A program made the position numbers and the translations under genes. Of a stretch of 64,000 nt of DNA, positions 1 through 9,482 are shown in pieces (positions within the stretch are counted from its first letter, which is position 1; each line of letters opens with the position of its first letter). Location of the stretch: assembly GCA_038883795.1 (NCBI GenBank), contig JAVZLK010000001.1:96001-160000 (forward strand). The letters are read 5' to 3'. The notes below the pieces were generated by a model. That model was not told where the DNA came from. It ran no database searches and saw only the letters and a program-made list of their open reading frames with translations. Source of the DNA: Candidatus Bathyarchaeia archaeon. Its GTDB lineage: Archaea; Thermoproteota; Bathyarchaeia; Bathyarchaeales; Bathycorpusculaceae.

Positions 1-2
1 TT

Positions 3-110
3 GGTACTTCTTTGTATGATGCTCTTTCAAGCGAAGAAAAGAAAGGAATAGAGGAAGCAGCGAAAGCGATTTACCAAACATACCAAACGGCAATAGAAGG
101 CATCGAATAA
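3..110 (+). CDS. 3' end of a CDS truncated by the window edge, product unknown
   Basis: Frame 3 is open from the edge: GTSLYDALSSEEKKGIEEAAKAIYQTYQTAIEGIE, TAA at 108-110. Confidence 0.55.
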   Translation, partial: GTSLYDALSSEEKKGIEEAAKAIYQTYQTAIEGIE

Positions 111-193
111 AGCTGTAATTTATGATTTTCTAACATACTAATGTTAAATAATAAAAGCCAGTATCATGAAACAGAAAAAATAAAGGTGGCAGC

Positions 194-1702
194 TTGGCAA
201 AAAATGAAATAAGGCTGGAATATTCAGGTTTTGTGGTATTTGCTGTTCAATTGCTTAGTGTGGTAACGGGCGTAATTTTTCAGCTTATAATAATTCGTGC
301 TATTAGCGCCGTCACTCCGCCAGACAAGGTATCTGATGTTTATGGCGTGTGGTCCAATGTTAGTAAGGATGTACTACCATACTTCACATTGATGGCTGGA
401 GTGTTTCCTTTTTGGGCTTTAAGGTTTACGGCAAGAGGAACTGAAGGCGCTGTGAAAACGGGAGTTCTTGCCAACTTGACCATTTCATTGATTTCTGCTT
501 TAACGTATACTTTCTTGGTTCCTTTCATTGTTTCCGCTCTTGGAGTTGGTGATTACTCTTTCCTTTATTTTATCGCTGCCCTCCAAATAATTGAAATATA
601 TGCCATTAATATCTTTGAGGCGTGCATTCAAGCGAAAAAGCCGCATGTGATAGGTTACGGGTTATTTTTGAGAGAATTATCCAAAGTTTCGTTGGGCTAT
701 TTTTTAATAAATATTGTTTACTCCGGTGATCCGCTTACTGGAGCTATGCTAAGTCTCATAATAGCCTTCACCATTCAAGGGATCTATTATTTGAGGCTGT
801 TGCTAGAGGATTTAAAGCAAAAATTCCAGTGGAAATATTTGAAAGAATGGCTGAAAGGTTCCATCGCAAACATATACAATGCTGTTGGCAACCAAATAGC
901 GGCTTTCATATTCATAATGCTATTTATTTATGGCGGTGAAGCCGCACGAGGTGTTTACGGCGCAGCTTCATTAATAGCGAGCATAATTGGTTATTCTTCC
1001 TATCTGGCTTTTGCCTTATATCCAAAGTTGCTTGCGGAGGGAAAAAGCGAGGATGTAACCACTGCCATGAGAATTGTTTTAATGTTTGCCTTACCCATGA
1101 CCGCGGGCGCAATAGCGCTTTCAGATTCCTATTTAACAATTCTCACCTCTGAGTTTAGGACAGCTACACCAGTTTTGGTTGTACTTGCAATAGATGCACT
1201 GGTGGCGACTATATCGGGGATATATGGCACTGTGCTTATGGGATTTGAAAAAGTTGATGAAAAAGCGCAAATTTCATTCAAAGAATTGTTAAGAAGTCGA
1301 CTTTTCCTCGCATTTTCTTTGCCTTATCTCCATTCAGCCATAACCCTTCCAACAACATTCTATGCATTAACAACGTGGGTTCAAAATGACCCGCTGCAAG
1401 CTGCAGTTTCTGTGGGCGTCATTAATTCTGTGGCTCGTTTCGTCATGTTCCTTATTCAATATGTTATCGTTCGCAGAATTGTTAGAATAGAAATTCCATG
1501 GTGGAATATTGCCAAATATGTTTTTGCTTCAGCTTTGATGGCGACTATTCTATTTTTGATTCCTCATCCAACAACTATAATGTTAACTTTCGCTGTCACA
1601 GCTATTGGTGGAATAATTTACTTGTTGATTGTGATGGTTCTTGATAAAGAAGCAAAAATGTTAATTTCAAGAACATTGCAAATAATTCAAAGCAAAGGTT
1701 AA
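194..1702 (+). CDS. MOP-superfamily (Wzx/MurJ/MATE-like) polysaccharide/oligosaccharide flippase-type membrane protein
   Basis: 502 aa with ~12-14 hydrophobic segments; G.Y..A..IASII...LYPKL and IPWWNIAKYVFASALM patterns are typical of MOP flippases. Confidence 0.7.
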   Translation: MAKNEIRLEYSGFVVFAVQLLSVVTGVIFQLIIIRAISAVTPPDKVSDVYGVWSNVSKDVLPYFTLMAGVFPFWALRFTARGTEGAVKTGVLANLTISLISALTYTFLVPFIVSALGVGDYSFLYFIAALQIIEIYAINIFEACIQAKKPHVIGYGLFLRELSKVSLGYFLINIVYSGDPLTGAMLSLIIAFTIQGIYYLRLLLEDLKQKFQWKYLKEWLKGSIANIYNAVGNQIAAFIFIMLFIYGGEAARGVYGAASLIASIIGYSSYLAFALYPKLLAEGKSEDVTTAMRIVLMFALPMTAGAIALSDSYLTILTSEFRTATPVLVVLAIDALVATISGIYGTVLMGFEKVDEKAQISFKELLRSRLFLAFSLPYLHSAITLPTTFYALTTWVQNDPLQAAVSVGVINSVARFVMFLIQYVIVRRIVRIEIPWWNIAKYVFASALMATILFLIPHPTTIMLTFAVTAIGGIIYLLIVMVLDKEAKMLISRTLQIIQSKG

Positions 1703-2571
1703 GCTTCATTATTCCATAGTTCAAGGAAGAGAGTTTTTAGGGTTTTAACGAAGGCTTCGTAGTTTGTCCATAAGGCTGCAACTCTCTTTTTTCCATTGTT
1801 CTTTCTTATTAGCAGAAGCAGTTGCTCATCGTCTCTGAGGATAAAGGTTGGCAGGTCTTCAACGTTTGAAAGGGAGTATTTGGATTTTTTTAGTTTTATT
1901 TTTTCGATGAAGAAGCAGCTTTTTGGGGAATAATTAGTTAGTAGATGCACGTTTATGTTTTCCTTGGACATTGTTTCAAGTTTGTCTAGGAATCCAGAAT
2001 GGTAGAAGTTTGCTATGTCATGTTCTGAGGCGAAGACGTAAACTTCTCTTTGGGCGTTATTGAGTATTTCATCTGCCTTGAGGTTAATTTGCTCTTCGCC
2101 TTCCAAAACTTGAAATACCTCTTTTCTTTCATGTTCTGTTTCTGGTTTGGGAAGAGAAAGCCAAAGGTTGATCAGGTTTCCCTTTTTCTTTTCAAGAAGG
2201 CTTATTTTCATTTTTTTGGTTTCGATAAGTATTTCTAATGCCTTTTCGAAAGGTATGGCAATGAATTTTAAAGGTTTTTCAAAAACAGAGGATATTAACC
2301 CCTTTTTCTCCAAATCACGCAAAATTCTGTAAGTCTCAGTTCTGTGAAGGGATAACGCCTCGGAAATTTCACTCGCTTTGTGTTCGCTTGTTCTTGCGAG
2401 ATAAATGTAAACCTTAATCTCATTTTTTGATAATCCAAGCCTGTGAAGAGCCTTCTCTATTATTTCTAGGGATTTTGGTGGTCCCTTATCTGTTTTTACG
2501 AATCTCCACATTCCCGAGTTTTCGTCGTATAATTTTACGATATTTTGGGTTTTGTCGACTGTTAGTTCCAT
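1699..2571 (-). CDS. TrmB-family transcriptional regulator
   Basis: LGLSKNEIKVYIYL...ASEISEALSLHRTETYRILRDLEKKGLI wHTH, a coiled coil, then a PLD-like effector domain (ILNNAQREVYVF; ALWTNYEAFV...FLELW). Confidence 0.85.
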   Translation of the reverse strand: MELTVDKTQNIVKLYDENSGMWRFVKTDKGPPKSLEIIEKALHRLGLSKNEIKVYIYLARTSEHKASEISEALSLHRTETYRILRDLEKKGLISSVFEKPLKFIAIPFEKALEILIETKKMKISLLEKKKGNLINLWLSLPKPETEHERKEVFQVLEGEEQINLKADEILNNAQREVYVFASEHDIANFYHSGFLDKLETMSKENINVHLLTNYSPKSCFFIEKIKLKKSKYSLSNVEDLPTFILRDDEQLLLLIRKNNGKKRVAALWTNYEAFVKTLKTLFLELWNNEA

Positions 2572-2599
2572 TCTGACCCTCTAGCAGCCTTGCTCCTTA

Positions 2600-2670
2600 T
2601 TCTGACTCTGATTCAGAACCGTTTTACTCAAAGCGTCATATTTTATACTTCTGAATCTGAAATCTGAATC
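2600..2670. promoter_or_regulatory. Candidate operator: TCTGA-based palindrome and tandem repeats in the divergent promoter
   Basis: TTCTGActcTgatTCAGAA imperfect palindrome at 2600-2618, and TTCTGAATCTGAAATCTGAATC at 2649-2670, flanking an AT-rich TATA-like segment. Confidence 0.4.
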
Positions 2671-2760
2671 CAAAATCAACATTTCAAAATTTTTAAGCAA
2701 CAAAAGCTAAAAGCATGAACCGCTTAGAACAGCAGAATTAGAGAGAAGGAGAAAAGGAGA

Positions 2761-3234
2761 ATGCAAAGTAAACAGGGTTATGCTTTTTGCTTTAAAAATT
2801 TCTTAGTTCCAAGAAACAATCATTGGTTAAAAAGAACAGCATTACTTTTCGCCTTCATAATATTTGATTACCTAATAACCCTTGCCCTTTGCCGCATCCC
2901 TCAAGAAGAAGCCAATTTTTATGCAAGGGTTTTTATGGAAAATTTCGGCATACCCCTTGGATTGACGCTTTTCGTTGTTGTGGTTAACTTACCAATCTAC
3001 ATGATATTGAGCATAGATTCGCATGTTATAAAGTTTCCATTCAAGATAGGTGTTGTTATCGAAACTTTGGTTGATTTTATCTTTGCATGGTTTGTCGCTG
3101 GACTGCATTTTAGTGGTGGTTCCAGTTGGGTTTGGTTTGCTCCAGATTGGACACGCCAAACTTTTGGCGCTTTTTTGTATTTGTTTTTGGCTTTTCTAAT
3201 TGTTAAGCCTCACAAGCCATCTTATGCTGCTTAG
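2761..3234 (+). CDS. Small membrane protein (DUF5658-like)
   Basis: About 4 TM helices; FDYLIT...EEANFYAR resembles the D..T...EANP motif. Confidence 0.55.
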   Translation: MQSKQGYAFCFKNFLVPRNNHWLKRTALLFAFIIFDYLITLALCRIPQEEANFYARVFMENFGIPLGLTLFVVVVNLPIYMILSIDSHVIKFPFKIGVVIETLVDFIFAWFVAGLHFSGGSSWVWFAPDWTRQTFGAFLYLFLAFLIVKPHKPSYAA

Positions 3235-3337
3235 TAGGCTTGTTAGTGCGTAACAGTTCACAACATACTAACCCTATTATCCCTTAACAATTGATTACTT
3301 TGCAGAGTCTATTAGCGAAGAACACGGGAGATTCTTT

Positions 3338-4012
3338 ATGGAAGCCAAAAACGTTAAACCTAAAGTAAACGCCGAACAAACGCAACCACAACCACCAAAA
3401 GAAGCACAACCCGAGGTTGTGGAAGAAGCATACTTTTTCCATCCCGTACAGTTATCTGAAGAAAGCGAGGAAATTTTAGACGAGAAGGAAATAGAAAAAT
3501 CTAAAACTGAAATTGAACAGAAACTTCAAGAATTCCTAAAAAGCATAAGCGAGGAAACATTACAGTTAAGCGAGTTTCTGATCGAAGAAAAAACCCTCAT
3601 CAACGAACTTTGCATGTCCCTTAAACAAATTCTCAAAAAACTTAACGTCTCCTTCAACATTCCTCCGCAAAATGTACCCTTCAAGAAAAAAGTCAAAAAG
3701 TTAATTTTGAATGAGGAAGGACACCTAATACTCGTTCCCGAAAAAGGCGAGGTTAACTCAGCCTTCCTAGCAGAGTATCCGCCTGAAATTGTCATGGCTG
3801 TTTTATGGGTTATATTGCCTGAACTGGCGAAGGTGATAATGCTGTATAGAAAGAAGATAAGCACAAGGGTCAACTTCTTTGGAAAGTTGAAAAAGGAACT
3901 GAAAGGAGTTGTTAAGGCTATTGTTGGAGGCAAAGAGGAAACCGCCGTTTTAAGCGAAGAAAGGACCATGGATGTTGTAAAAGAATCCGTAACAACAGGA
4001 AATCAAAGCTAA
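3338..4012 (+). CDS. Hypothetical acidic/coiled-coil protein
   Basis: 224-aa ORF with GGGAG upstream; Glu/Lys-rich helical composition. Confidence 0.7.
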   Translation: MEAKNVKPKVNAEQTQPQPPKEAQPEVVEEAYFFHPVQLSEESEEILDEKEIEKSKTEIEQKLQEFLKSISEETLQLSEFLIEEKTLINELCMSLKQILKKLNVSFNIPPQNVPFKKKVKKLILNEEGHLILVPEKGEVNSAFLAEYPPEIVMAVLWVILPELAKVIMLYRKKISTRVNFFGKLKKELKGVVKAIVGGKEETAVLSEERTMDVVKESVTTGNQS

Positions 4013-4014
4013 GC

Positions 4015-4569
4015 TTGCGGGTGTTATTTTTGGATGGCTTTTTAACTGAAATTCGAACTTTTTATTCGCTTAAAGAAATCAGAGAAATGATAGAAGCGGG
4101 AATAAGCCAATATAAAATGTTGCTTGAAGATTACAGCCAGTGGTTAGGAAGCCTTCTAAGAAACCCGGAAACCGCAAAGAACCAAGAGCAAATGAAAAAA
4201 TTCGCTGAACTACAAAAAGTTCTGAGAACTGGAGGTAGAAAAGGAAGCAGAAAAGAAGAGAAAAAAGTTGGCATTTCAACGGAGTGGGTTCAGTTCAAAG
4301 ATATTATGCTTTCCGCAGATGCGCTAGGAGAGGCGGAAGTTCTCTTCGAAGCCGTGGAGGAGTTAAGAAATAAAATTGACAAGTTGGAGAAAGCAAAAAA
4401 CTCGATAATTGATTTGGAACGTTATGGCTTGGGAAAGGAATTGCTTTACATAGCCTTCATACGTGATGGGATGCCAGAAAAAATAGTTTTCAAACCCAAG
4501 AAAGGTTTTGGTGTTCCAGAAAAATTTGAGTTTGAGGCGGATTTCTCTGTTGTAGAACAAACTTCATAG
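4015..4569 (+). CDS. Hypothetical coiled-coil protein (start uncertain, may be the TTG at 4030)
   Basis: ORF directly follows 3338-4012; heptad-like EAVEELRNKIDKLEKAK. Confidence 0.7.
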   Translation: MRVLFLDGFLTEIRTFYSLKEIREMIEAGISQYKMLLEDYSQWLGSLLRNPETAKNQEQMKKFAELQKVLRTGGRKGSRKEEKKVGISTEWVQFKDIMLSADALGEAEVLFEAVEELRNKIDKLEKAKNSIIDLERYGLGKELLYIAFIRDGMPEKIVFKPKKGFGVPEKFEFEADFSVVEQTS

Positions 4570-4579
4570 GAAGCACGTT

Positions 4580-6283
4580 TTAACCTACACTAAATTCTAT
4601 GAAGGCTTTAGTGAATTTCTTCATCAAATCATAAGGACCTTCCACAACACAATTCACACGAATATAATTTTTAACCGCACGACTTTTGATGCCAATTCCT
4701 ATGACGCCAACGCCCATCCGTTCAACTTTTTTAAGGTTTTCTTTCAACTTTTCCTCTGCACCCTCATATCCTGAAGGAAAGAAATCTGAAACCACAACCA
4801 AAACCCTAGCCTGTTCCAGTCGCTTGGTTAAGGCTTGGGCTGCTAATAGAACAGCATCTGGAAGATATGTTAAGCCTCCATGGGTTAATCCGCCTATTCT
4901 CGCCTTCACTTGTGCATTAAACCTTTCAGAAAAATCTTTGATGACGTAGAATTTGTTGTTGAAGGCGTACATGCCCCATGAATTCTGGTTAAGGATTAAC
5001 GTTTTTGCAACTTCAGCTAAGCATAGGGCTATGCCGCGAACTTCGCCCTTAAACATGTTTAGGCTGTGGCTGGCATCTATAAGTATAGACCATGCGTCCT
5101 CTCTTGTTTGAAGTTCCTCTCGAACGAAAATGTCGGTTCGTTGGCTTTTGCTGGCAATAACTTGTATGGCCTCTTGCAAATCCACGAATCCACTTTCTTG
5201 TCTGAAATCTTCGCCTTCAACATTTTTCAAAAGCCTTAGTTGATGCATTATACGTCTTATGGGACTACCTAAAAGTTCCCTTCTTCTTTGAAATTCTGCA
5301 TAATCCTCAGCAGGAAACTCGAAATCCTCGAATGGTGTATTCTTTCCTATCTGAACGTAATCCCTCAAAATCTTTAACTTAGAACGTTCCTGCTCCTGCC
5401 ATGTCATCAAAACTTGATGGGCGTCGCCTTCTTTCAAACTCTGCAGCAATGTTCGTAGTTGCTCTTCGCTTTTACTTTCGGAGTCCAAAAAGTTTAACGA
5501 GTCTGTAAAAACTGGTTGTATATCCTCCTCTCGGGGTATGTGCTGCTCGTAGAAAAGATCATTTGTTCCATGGCATTCCATGTATAAAAGCGATGGCACC
5601 TCAAAAGGCTCTCCATAAACAGCTAGAGCATCATAAATTTTGCTGGCAGCATCCACCCTACTATCCAACGTGGGGTTTTCTCCTAATCCTCGAAGGATGG
5701 ACGTTATTGCTTTAACATCTGTAAGCACGTCATCCTTCAATTTTCCTTTAACTTTTCCAAGAGCATGTTCCTGAAGTATTGAAGCCATGACTTGTGAAAT
5801 GTTGTTTGGAAGTTTATCCACGTCCTTCATTAGAAGAAAGGAGATGGCGTTTGCGTAGGCTATTTCTGGAAGCATCCATTGAAACGACCGTTTAAGTTGC
5901 GAATTTATTATGGCATCTTCGATTATGCTTATGACAAAGGTTGATAAGTTGTGGGATTTCCCCCTTGCCCATTTTGAGTATATTGAAAAATCTGATAGGT
6001 GTGCGTGCATAGCTAAATGGTAAACTGAGGATTTGAATAAATACCAAATAATTTTCTTGTGAGTTGGGTTTTGAATGTCAAATTTTAATCCTTGAAAATA
6101 AACGCATTTCTCGTTCAACTTTTTTGGTTTAATTAAATGTAGAACGAATCCTCGACTGTCTTTTCCAAGATAGGGATATCTTAAATCATCATGCAAAAGA
6201 ACCTTCAATTCATTATGTGATTTTTTTGTTATTTGAGTGACTGTGGACCATGCAAAATCAAAAAAGTTCAATGCACAACCCAT
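4580..6283 (-). CDS. von Willebrand factor A domain protein (NorD/CbbO-like partner of MoxR ATPase)
   Basis: C-terminal MIDAS LIDASHSL, GGLTYLPDA and VVVSD; N-terminal H...H / IIED segment. Confidence 0.8.
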   Translation of the reverse strand: MGCALNFFDFAWSTVTQITKKSHNELKVLLHDDLRYPYLGKDSRGFVLHLIKPKKLNEKCVYFQGLKFDIQNPTHKKIIWYLFKSSVYHLAMHAHLSDFSIYSKWARGKSHNLSTFVISIIEDAIINSQLKRSFQWMLPEIAYANAISFLLMKDVDKLPNNISQVMASILQEHALGKVKGKLKDDVLTDVKAITSILRGLGENPTLDSRVDAASKIYDALAVYGEPFEVPSLLYMECHGTNDLFYEQHIPREEDIQPVFTDSLNFLDSESKSEEQLRTLLQSLKEGDAHQVLMTWQEQERSKLKILRDYVQIGKNTPFEDFEFPAEDYAEFQRRRELLGSPIRRIMHQLRLLKNVEGEDFRQESGFVDLQEAIQVIASKSQRTDIFVREELQTREDAWSILIDASHSLNMFKGEVRGIALCLAEVAKTLILNQNSWGMYAFNNKFYVIKDFSERFNAQVKARIGGLTHGGLTYLPDAVLLAAQALTKRLEQARVLVVVSDFFPSGYEGAEEKLKENLKKVERMGVGVIGIGIKSRAVKNYIRVNCVVEGPYDLMKKFTKAFIEFSVG

Positions 6284-6289
6284 AACTTA

Positions 6290-7375
6290 TTACGAGCTAA
6301 AAATGGACTCAACAATCCGCTTAACAGCAGCTTGCACTTCTACATCATCACTTGTAGTCCCAACAATGGTTTCAACCGCAGCCTCTATTGGTCCGCATCC
6401 ATCAGCAATTAAAGTTGCCCAATTAATTAGGTCTCCAGGGGATGGCCCGTAGGGGAGGTCGCCGTTTTTGTACTGCCTTCTGAGTTCAGCGCCTACTTGG
6501 ACTATTTTTTTGGAGGTTTTTTCGTCTAGGCCGCTTCTTTTCATGATGAGTTCAATTTCGTCTGGGGAGATTTTGTCGCCTACACTTAGGTAGTCAAAGT
6601 TTATCCATACGGACATGCGTCGTCTTAAAGCAGCGTTTAATGGTTTCGTTCCAACGAATTCGGCTGAAAAGGGATTCATGGAAATTACGAGATAGCCATA
6701 TGGATGCCTCTTCACTATTTCGTTGTCTTTTTCTGTTAAAACTATGTGCCCCCGCGTGTCCAAAACTGGGTTAAGCCTTGAAGCTATATCTTGTTTCATC
6801 ATGTTTGCCTCGTCCAAATAGAGTAAGCCGCCATTTCTACACCACATGACTATTTGTCCGTCAATCCAGTTTTCCTTTCCAAGACCAATGTATCTTCCAA
6901 ACAAATCGTAAGCTGAAGTTTGCAAACCGCAGTTTATTTCCCACATTGGTAATCCGCAAAGCTCCGCAATTAAATATACAACGTGGGTTTTGCCTGTTCC
7001 GCTGGGTCCAATTAAAGCGCACTGCTTAAAGTAGTAGAGGGCTCGGACTATTCTTTCAACATAATTGAAGCCTTTGTCTATGTATTCTGGAGTGTTACGC
7101 GGTATAAGGGTGCGTACAGATTCGGGAAATATAAATCCGGGGTGCAGGTCATATTTTTCTATTCTGTATTTTTTTCGAAGCTCGGCATGGGTATAAGAGG
7201 TTATGTTGGCCGTTTTTGTTATTGAAACCGATAAGCGCGTGTCTTTCACTTCAGTTTTTATTTGCTCTTCTACAACGTAAGCAGTTTCGGCTTTCTGTTT
7301 CTTTCCGCCTTGGAATCCGAATCCGACAGCCTCTGCTACGATTGGTTTATCCTTTAACTTTGTTTTCGAGTCCAT
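6290..7375 (-). CDS. CbbQ/NirQ/NorQ/GvpN-type MoxR AAA+ ATPase
   Basis: Walker A GPSGTGKT, Walker B LYLDEAN, sensor ISMNP, arginine finger LNAALRRR. Confidence 0.88.
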   Translation of the reverse strand: MDSKTKLKDKPIVAEAVGFGFQGGKKQKAETAYVVEEQIKTEVKDTRLSVSITKTANITSYTHAELRKKYRIEKYDLHPGFIFPESVRTLIPRNTPEYIDKGFNYVERIVRALYYFKQCALIGPSGTGKTHVVYLIAELCGLPMWEINCGLQTSAYDLFGRYIGLGKENWIDGQIVMWCRNGGLLYLDEANMMKQDIASRLNPVLDTRGHIVLTEKDNEIVKRHPYGYLVISMNPFSAEFVGTKPLNAALRRRMSVWINFDYLSVGDKISPDEIELIMKRSGLDEKTSKKIVQVGAELRRQYKNGDLPYGPSPGDLINWATLIADGCGPIEAAVETIVGTTSDDVEVQAAVKRIVESIFSS

Positions 7376-7475
7376 TAGAATGGTTCCTCCGGAGGATTTT
7401 TCTATGAATTTTAACTGCAGAATTTGATTTAAATCTTACTTCTCACGATTCAATACATTGAATCCTTTGCGCCAA

Positions 7476-7745
7476 TTACAATAAAAGATCACTCAAAATA
7501 CTCTGCAACACATTTTTATCCTTTAAATTTCGGAAAATGGCTTTTCCCGTTCCGTAAAGGCGGAAAGAGACGCCTTTGAAGGTTAATTCGAAGATTATGG
7601 ATGAAATTGACTTTTCTATTTTTGCCCTTTTTAGAATTTTGTTTATAGCTTCCTCTTTCCTTTCATATTTTAGTATGACTATGAAGTCTCTTTCTTCGCC
7701 GCATGTTTCCTCAATTCTAGCCACATAATCTTCAACTGAAACCAT
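7476..7745 (-). CDS. Small hypothetical protein resembling the C-terminal TBP-like domain of some ThiF/MoeB proteins
   Basis: EETCG motif and FRLYGTGKAIFRN; abuts the sufS stop codon. Confidence 0.55.
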   Translation of the reverse strand: MVSVEDYVARIEETCGEERDFIVILKYERKEEAINKILKRAKIEKSISSIIFELTFKGVSFRLYGTGKAIFRNLKDKNVLQSILSDLLL

Positions 7746-8981
7746 TTAAATCTGCTCTATCTCCTTCAAAACTTCGACAAAGCGGTCAACTTCTTCGCGG
7801 GTGTTATAAATGTAGAAGCTGGCTCTGGCAGAGGATTTCAGTTTAAACAGTTCATGTAAGGGTTGGGCGCAGTGGAAGCCGCTTCTAACCATGATGCCGT
7901 AATTGTCCAAAAACAAGGCAACATCATGCGAACTTAAGCCTTCAACGCCGAAGGGAATTATTCCACATTTTATGAAAGTGTCTTTTGTTCCGTAAATTTC
8001 AACTTTTTTGCATTCTGCCATTTTTTGCATGGCATATTTTGTTAGCATTTCCTCGTGAGCTTTCACATTTTCCATGCCTATGCGCTTTAAGTATCGTATA
8101 GCTTCCATAAGTCCTACACCGCCGCAAACATTTGGTGTTCCAGCCTCAAATTTCCATGGCAACGCATTAAAAGTGATGGAACAGCGTCCTTTGGCGGAGT
8201 TAAAGGAGACTTCGCGTATCATTTCGCCTCCTCCTTGGAAGGGTTCCATTTTTTCGAGGATTTCACGTTTGCCGTATAGGACGCCTATGCCAGTGGGTCC
8301 CAGCATTTTGTGTCCAGAAAAGGCTAGGAAGTCTATGTCTAAATCTTTGACGTCTACTGGCAAATGGGGGACGGATTGGGCTCCGTCCACAAGTGTTAAG
8401 GCGTTATATTCGTGGGCGACTTTTGCTATTCTTTGTACATCGTTCACTACGCCGCTTACGTTTGAAACGTGGCTTATGCACACAATTTTTGTTTTTTTCG
8501 AAATTTTGTTTTCAAAATCTTCATAATCTAATGTTCCATCTTTCTTTACGTTTACATACGCAACATTGAATCCGCGTGTTTTTGAGAGAAGTTCCCATGG
8601 GACGATGTTGCTGTGGTGTTCCATTAATGACACTATTACTTCATCGCCTTTTGTTAGGTTATGACAGCCCCAGGAGTATGCCACTAGGTTTATGGCTTCT
8701 GTTGTGCCTCTAACGAAAATTGTTTCTTCTGTACCTTTTGCGTTTATGAATTTGGCAACTTCTTCATGGGCTTCCTCATAAAGCGCAGTAGCCTCTTGGG
8801 ATAATGTGTGGACTGCACGGTGAACGTTTGCGTTGTGGTTTTCGTAAAAGTTTTTGATGGCTTTAATGACTTGTTTTGGTTTTTGCGTGGTTGCTGCATT
8901 GTCAAAGTATATGAGAGGGTTGTTGTTTATTTTTCGTTTTAAAATTGGGAAGTCTTCCCGAATTTTGTATGGGTCCAGCAT
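7746..8981 (-). CDS. sufS: SufS-type (group II) cysteine desulfurase; start reassigned to ATG 8981 (MLDPYKIREDF)
   Basis: YFDNAATTQKP, MEHHSNIVPW, FSGHKMLGPTGIG and RSGFHCAQP; TAATG coupling with the iscU stop. Confidence 0.92.
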   Translation of the reverse strand: MLDPYKIREDFPILKRKINNNPLIYFDNAATTQKPKQVIKAIKNFYENHNANVHRAVHTLSQEATALYEEAHEEVAKFINAKGTEETIFVRGTTEAINLVAYSWGCHNLTKGDEVIVSLMEHHSNIVPWELLSKTRGFNVAYVNVKKDGTLDYEDFENKISKKTKIVCISHVSNVSGVVNDVQRIAKVAHEYNALTLVDGAQSVPHLPVDVKDLDIDFLAFSGHKMLGPTGIGVLYGKREILEKMEPFQGGGEMIREVSFNSAKGRCSITFNALPWKFEAGTPNVCGGVGLMEAIRYLKRIGMENVKAHEEMLTKYAMQKMAECKKVEIYGTKDTFIKCGIIPFGVEGLSSHDVALFLDNYGIMVRSGFHCAQPLHELFKLKSSARASFYIYNTREEVDRFVEVLKEIEQI

Positions 8982-9481
8982 TATTTCTCCTCTGTTGTTT
9001 TCAATCTTTTTTCGAGAATTTTGGCTAGTTCTTCCTCTTCTAAGGCTTGTTTTTCTTCGAAACTTAGATTTTCCGGCAGCCAAGAGGGGGAAACGCCTTT
9101 GTTTTTATAATATTTTCTTATGGCTCTGTGGAGTGCACCGACGGCTAGGACGCCGCAGTGGAATTTTATGCTTGGCAATCCGCCGACGGCTTCGGCTACG
9201 CTTTTCCATGAAGTTTTCCATGCATCTTCAAGTTTCATGCCTTTAATCATTTCTGTGAGGATGCTGGATGTGGCTATGTTTGCGGCGCAGCCGTAACTTT
9301 CAAATGAAGCCTTCTCAATAACTTCTTGCTCATTTATTTTTAAGTAGAAAGTTATCATATCTCCACATGCTGGGTTTCCAGCAACAGCCGTAACCGTGGC
9401 GTCTTCCATCTTTCCAAGATTTTTCGGATTCCTAAATAGTTCAAGAACTTTTGGGTTGTAGGGTAATGGCATCCTCGACAT
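8981..9481 (-). CDS. iscU: IscU/NifU-N Fe-S cluster scaffold protein
   Basis: GNPACGD, YGCAANIA and LPSIKFHC supply the three Cys ligands. Confidence 0.9.
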   Translation of the reverse strand: MSRMPLPYNPKVLELFRNPKNLGKMEDATVTAVAGNPACGDMITFYLKINEQEVIEKASFESYGCAANIATSSILTEMIKGMKLEDAWKTSWKSVAEAVGGLPSIKFHCGVLAVGALHRAIRKYYKNKGVSPSWLPENLSFEEKQALEEEELAKILEKRLKTTEEK

Positions 9482-9482
9482 T

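Noticed and set aside
6290-7375. Gas-vesicle GvpN, RuBisCO activase or NorQ assignment
   Set aside because: No gvp, rbc or nor genes in the window, so only the family-level call is supported.
8982-9083. Basic N-terminal extension on SufS
   Set aside because: It is an alternative frame inside iscU; the TAATG-coupled ATG at 8981 gives the typical start.
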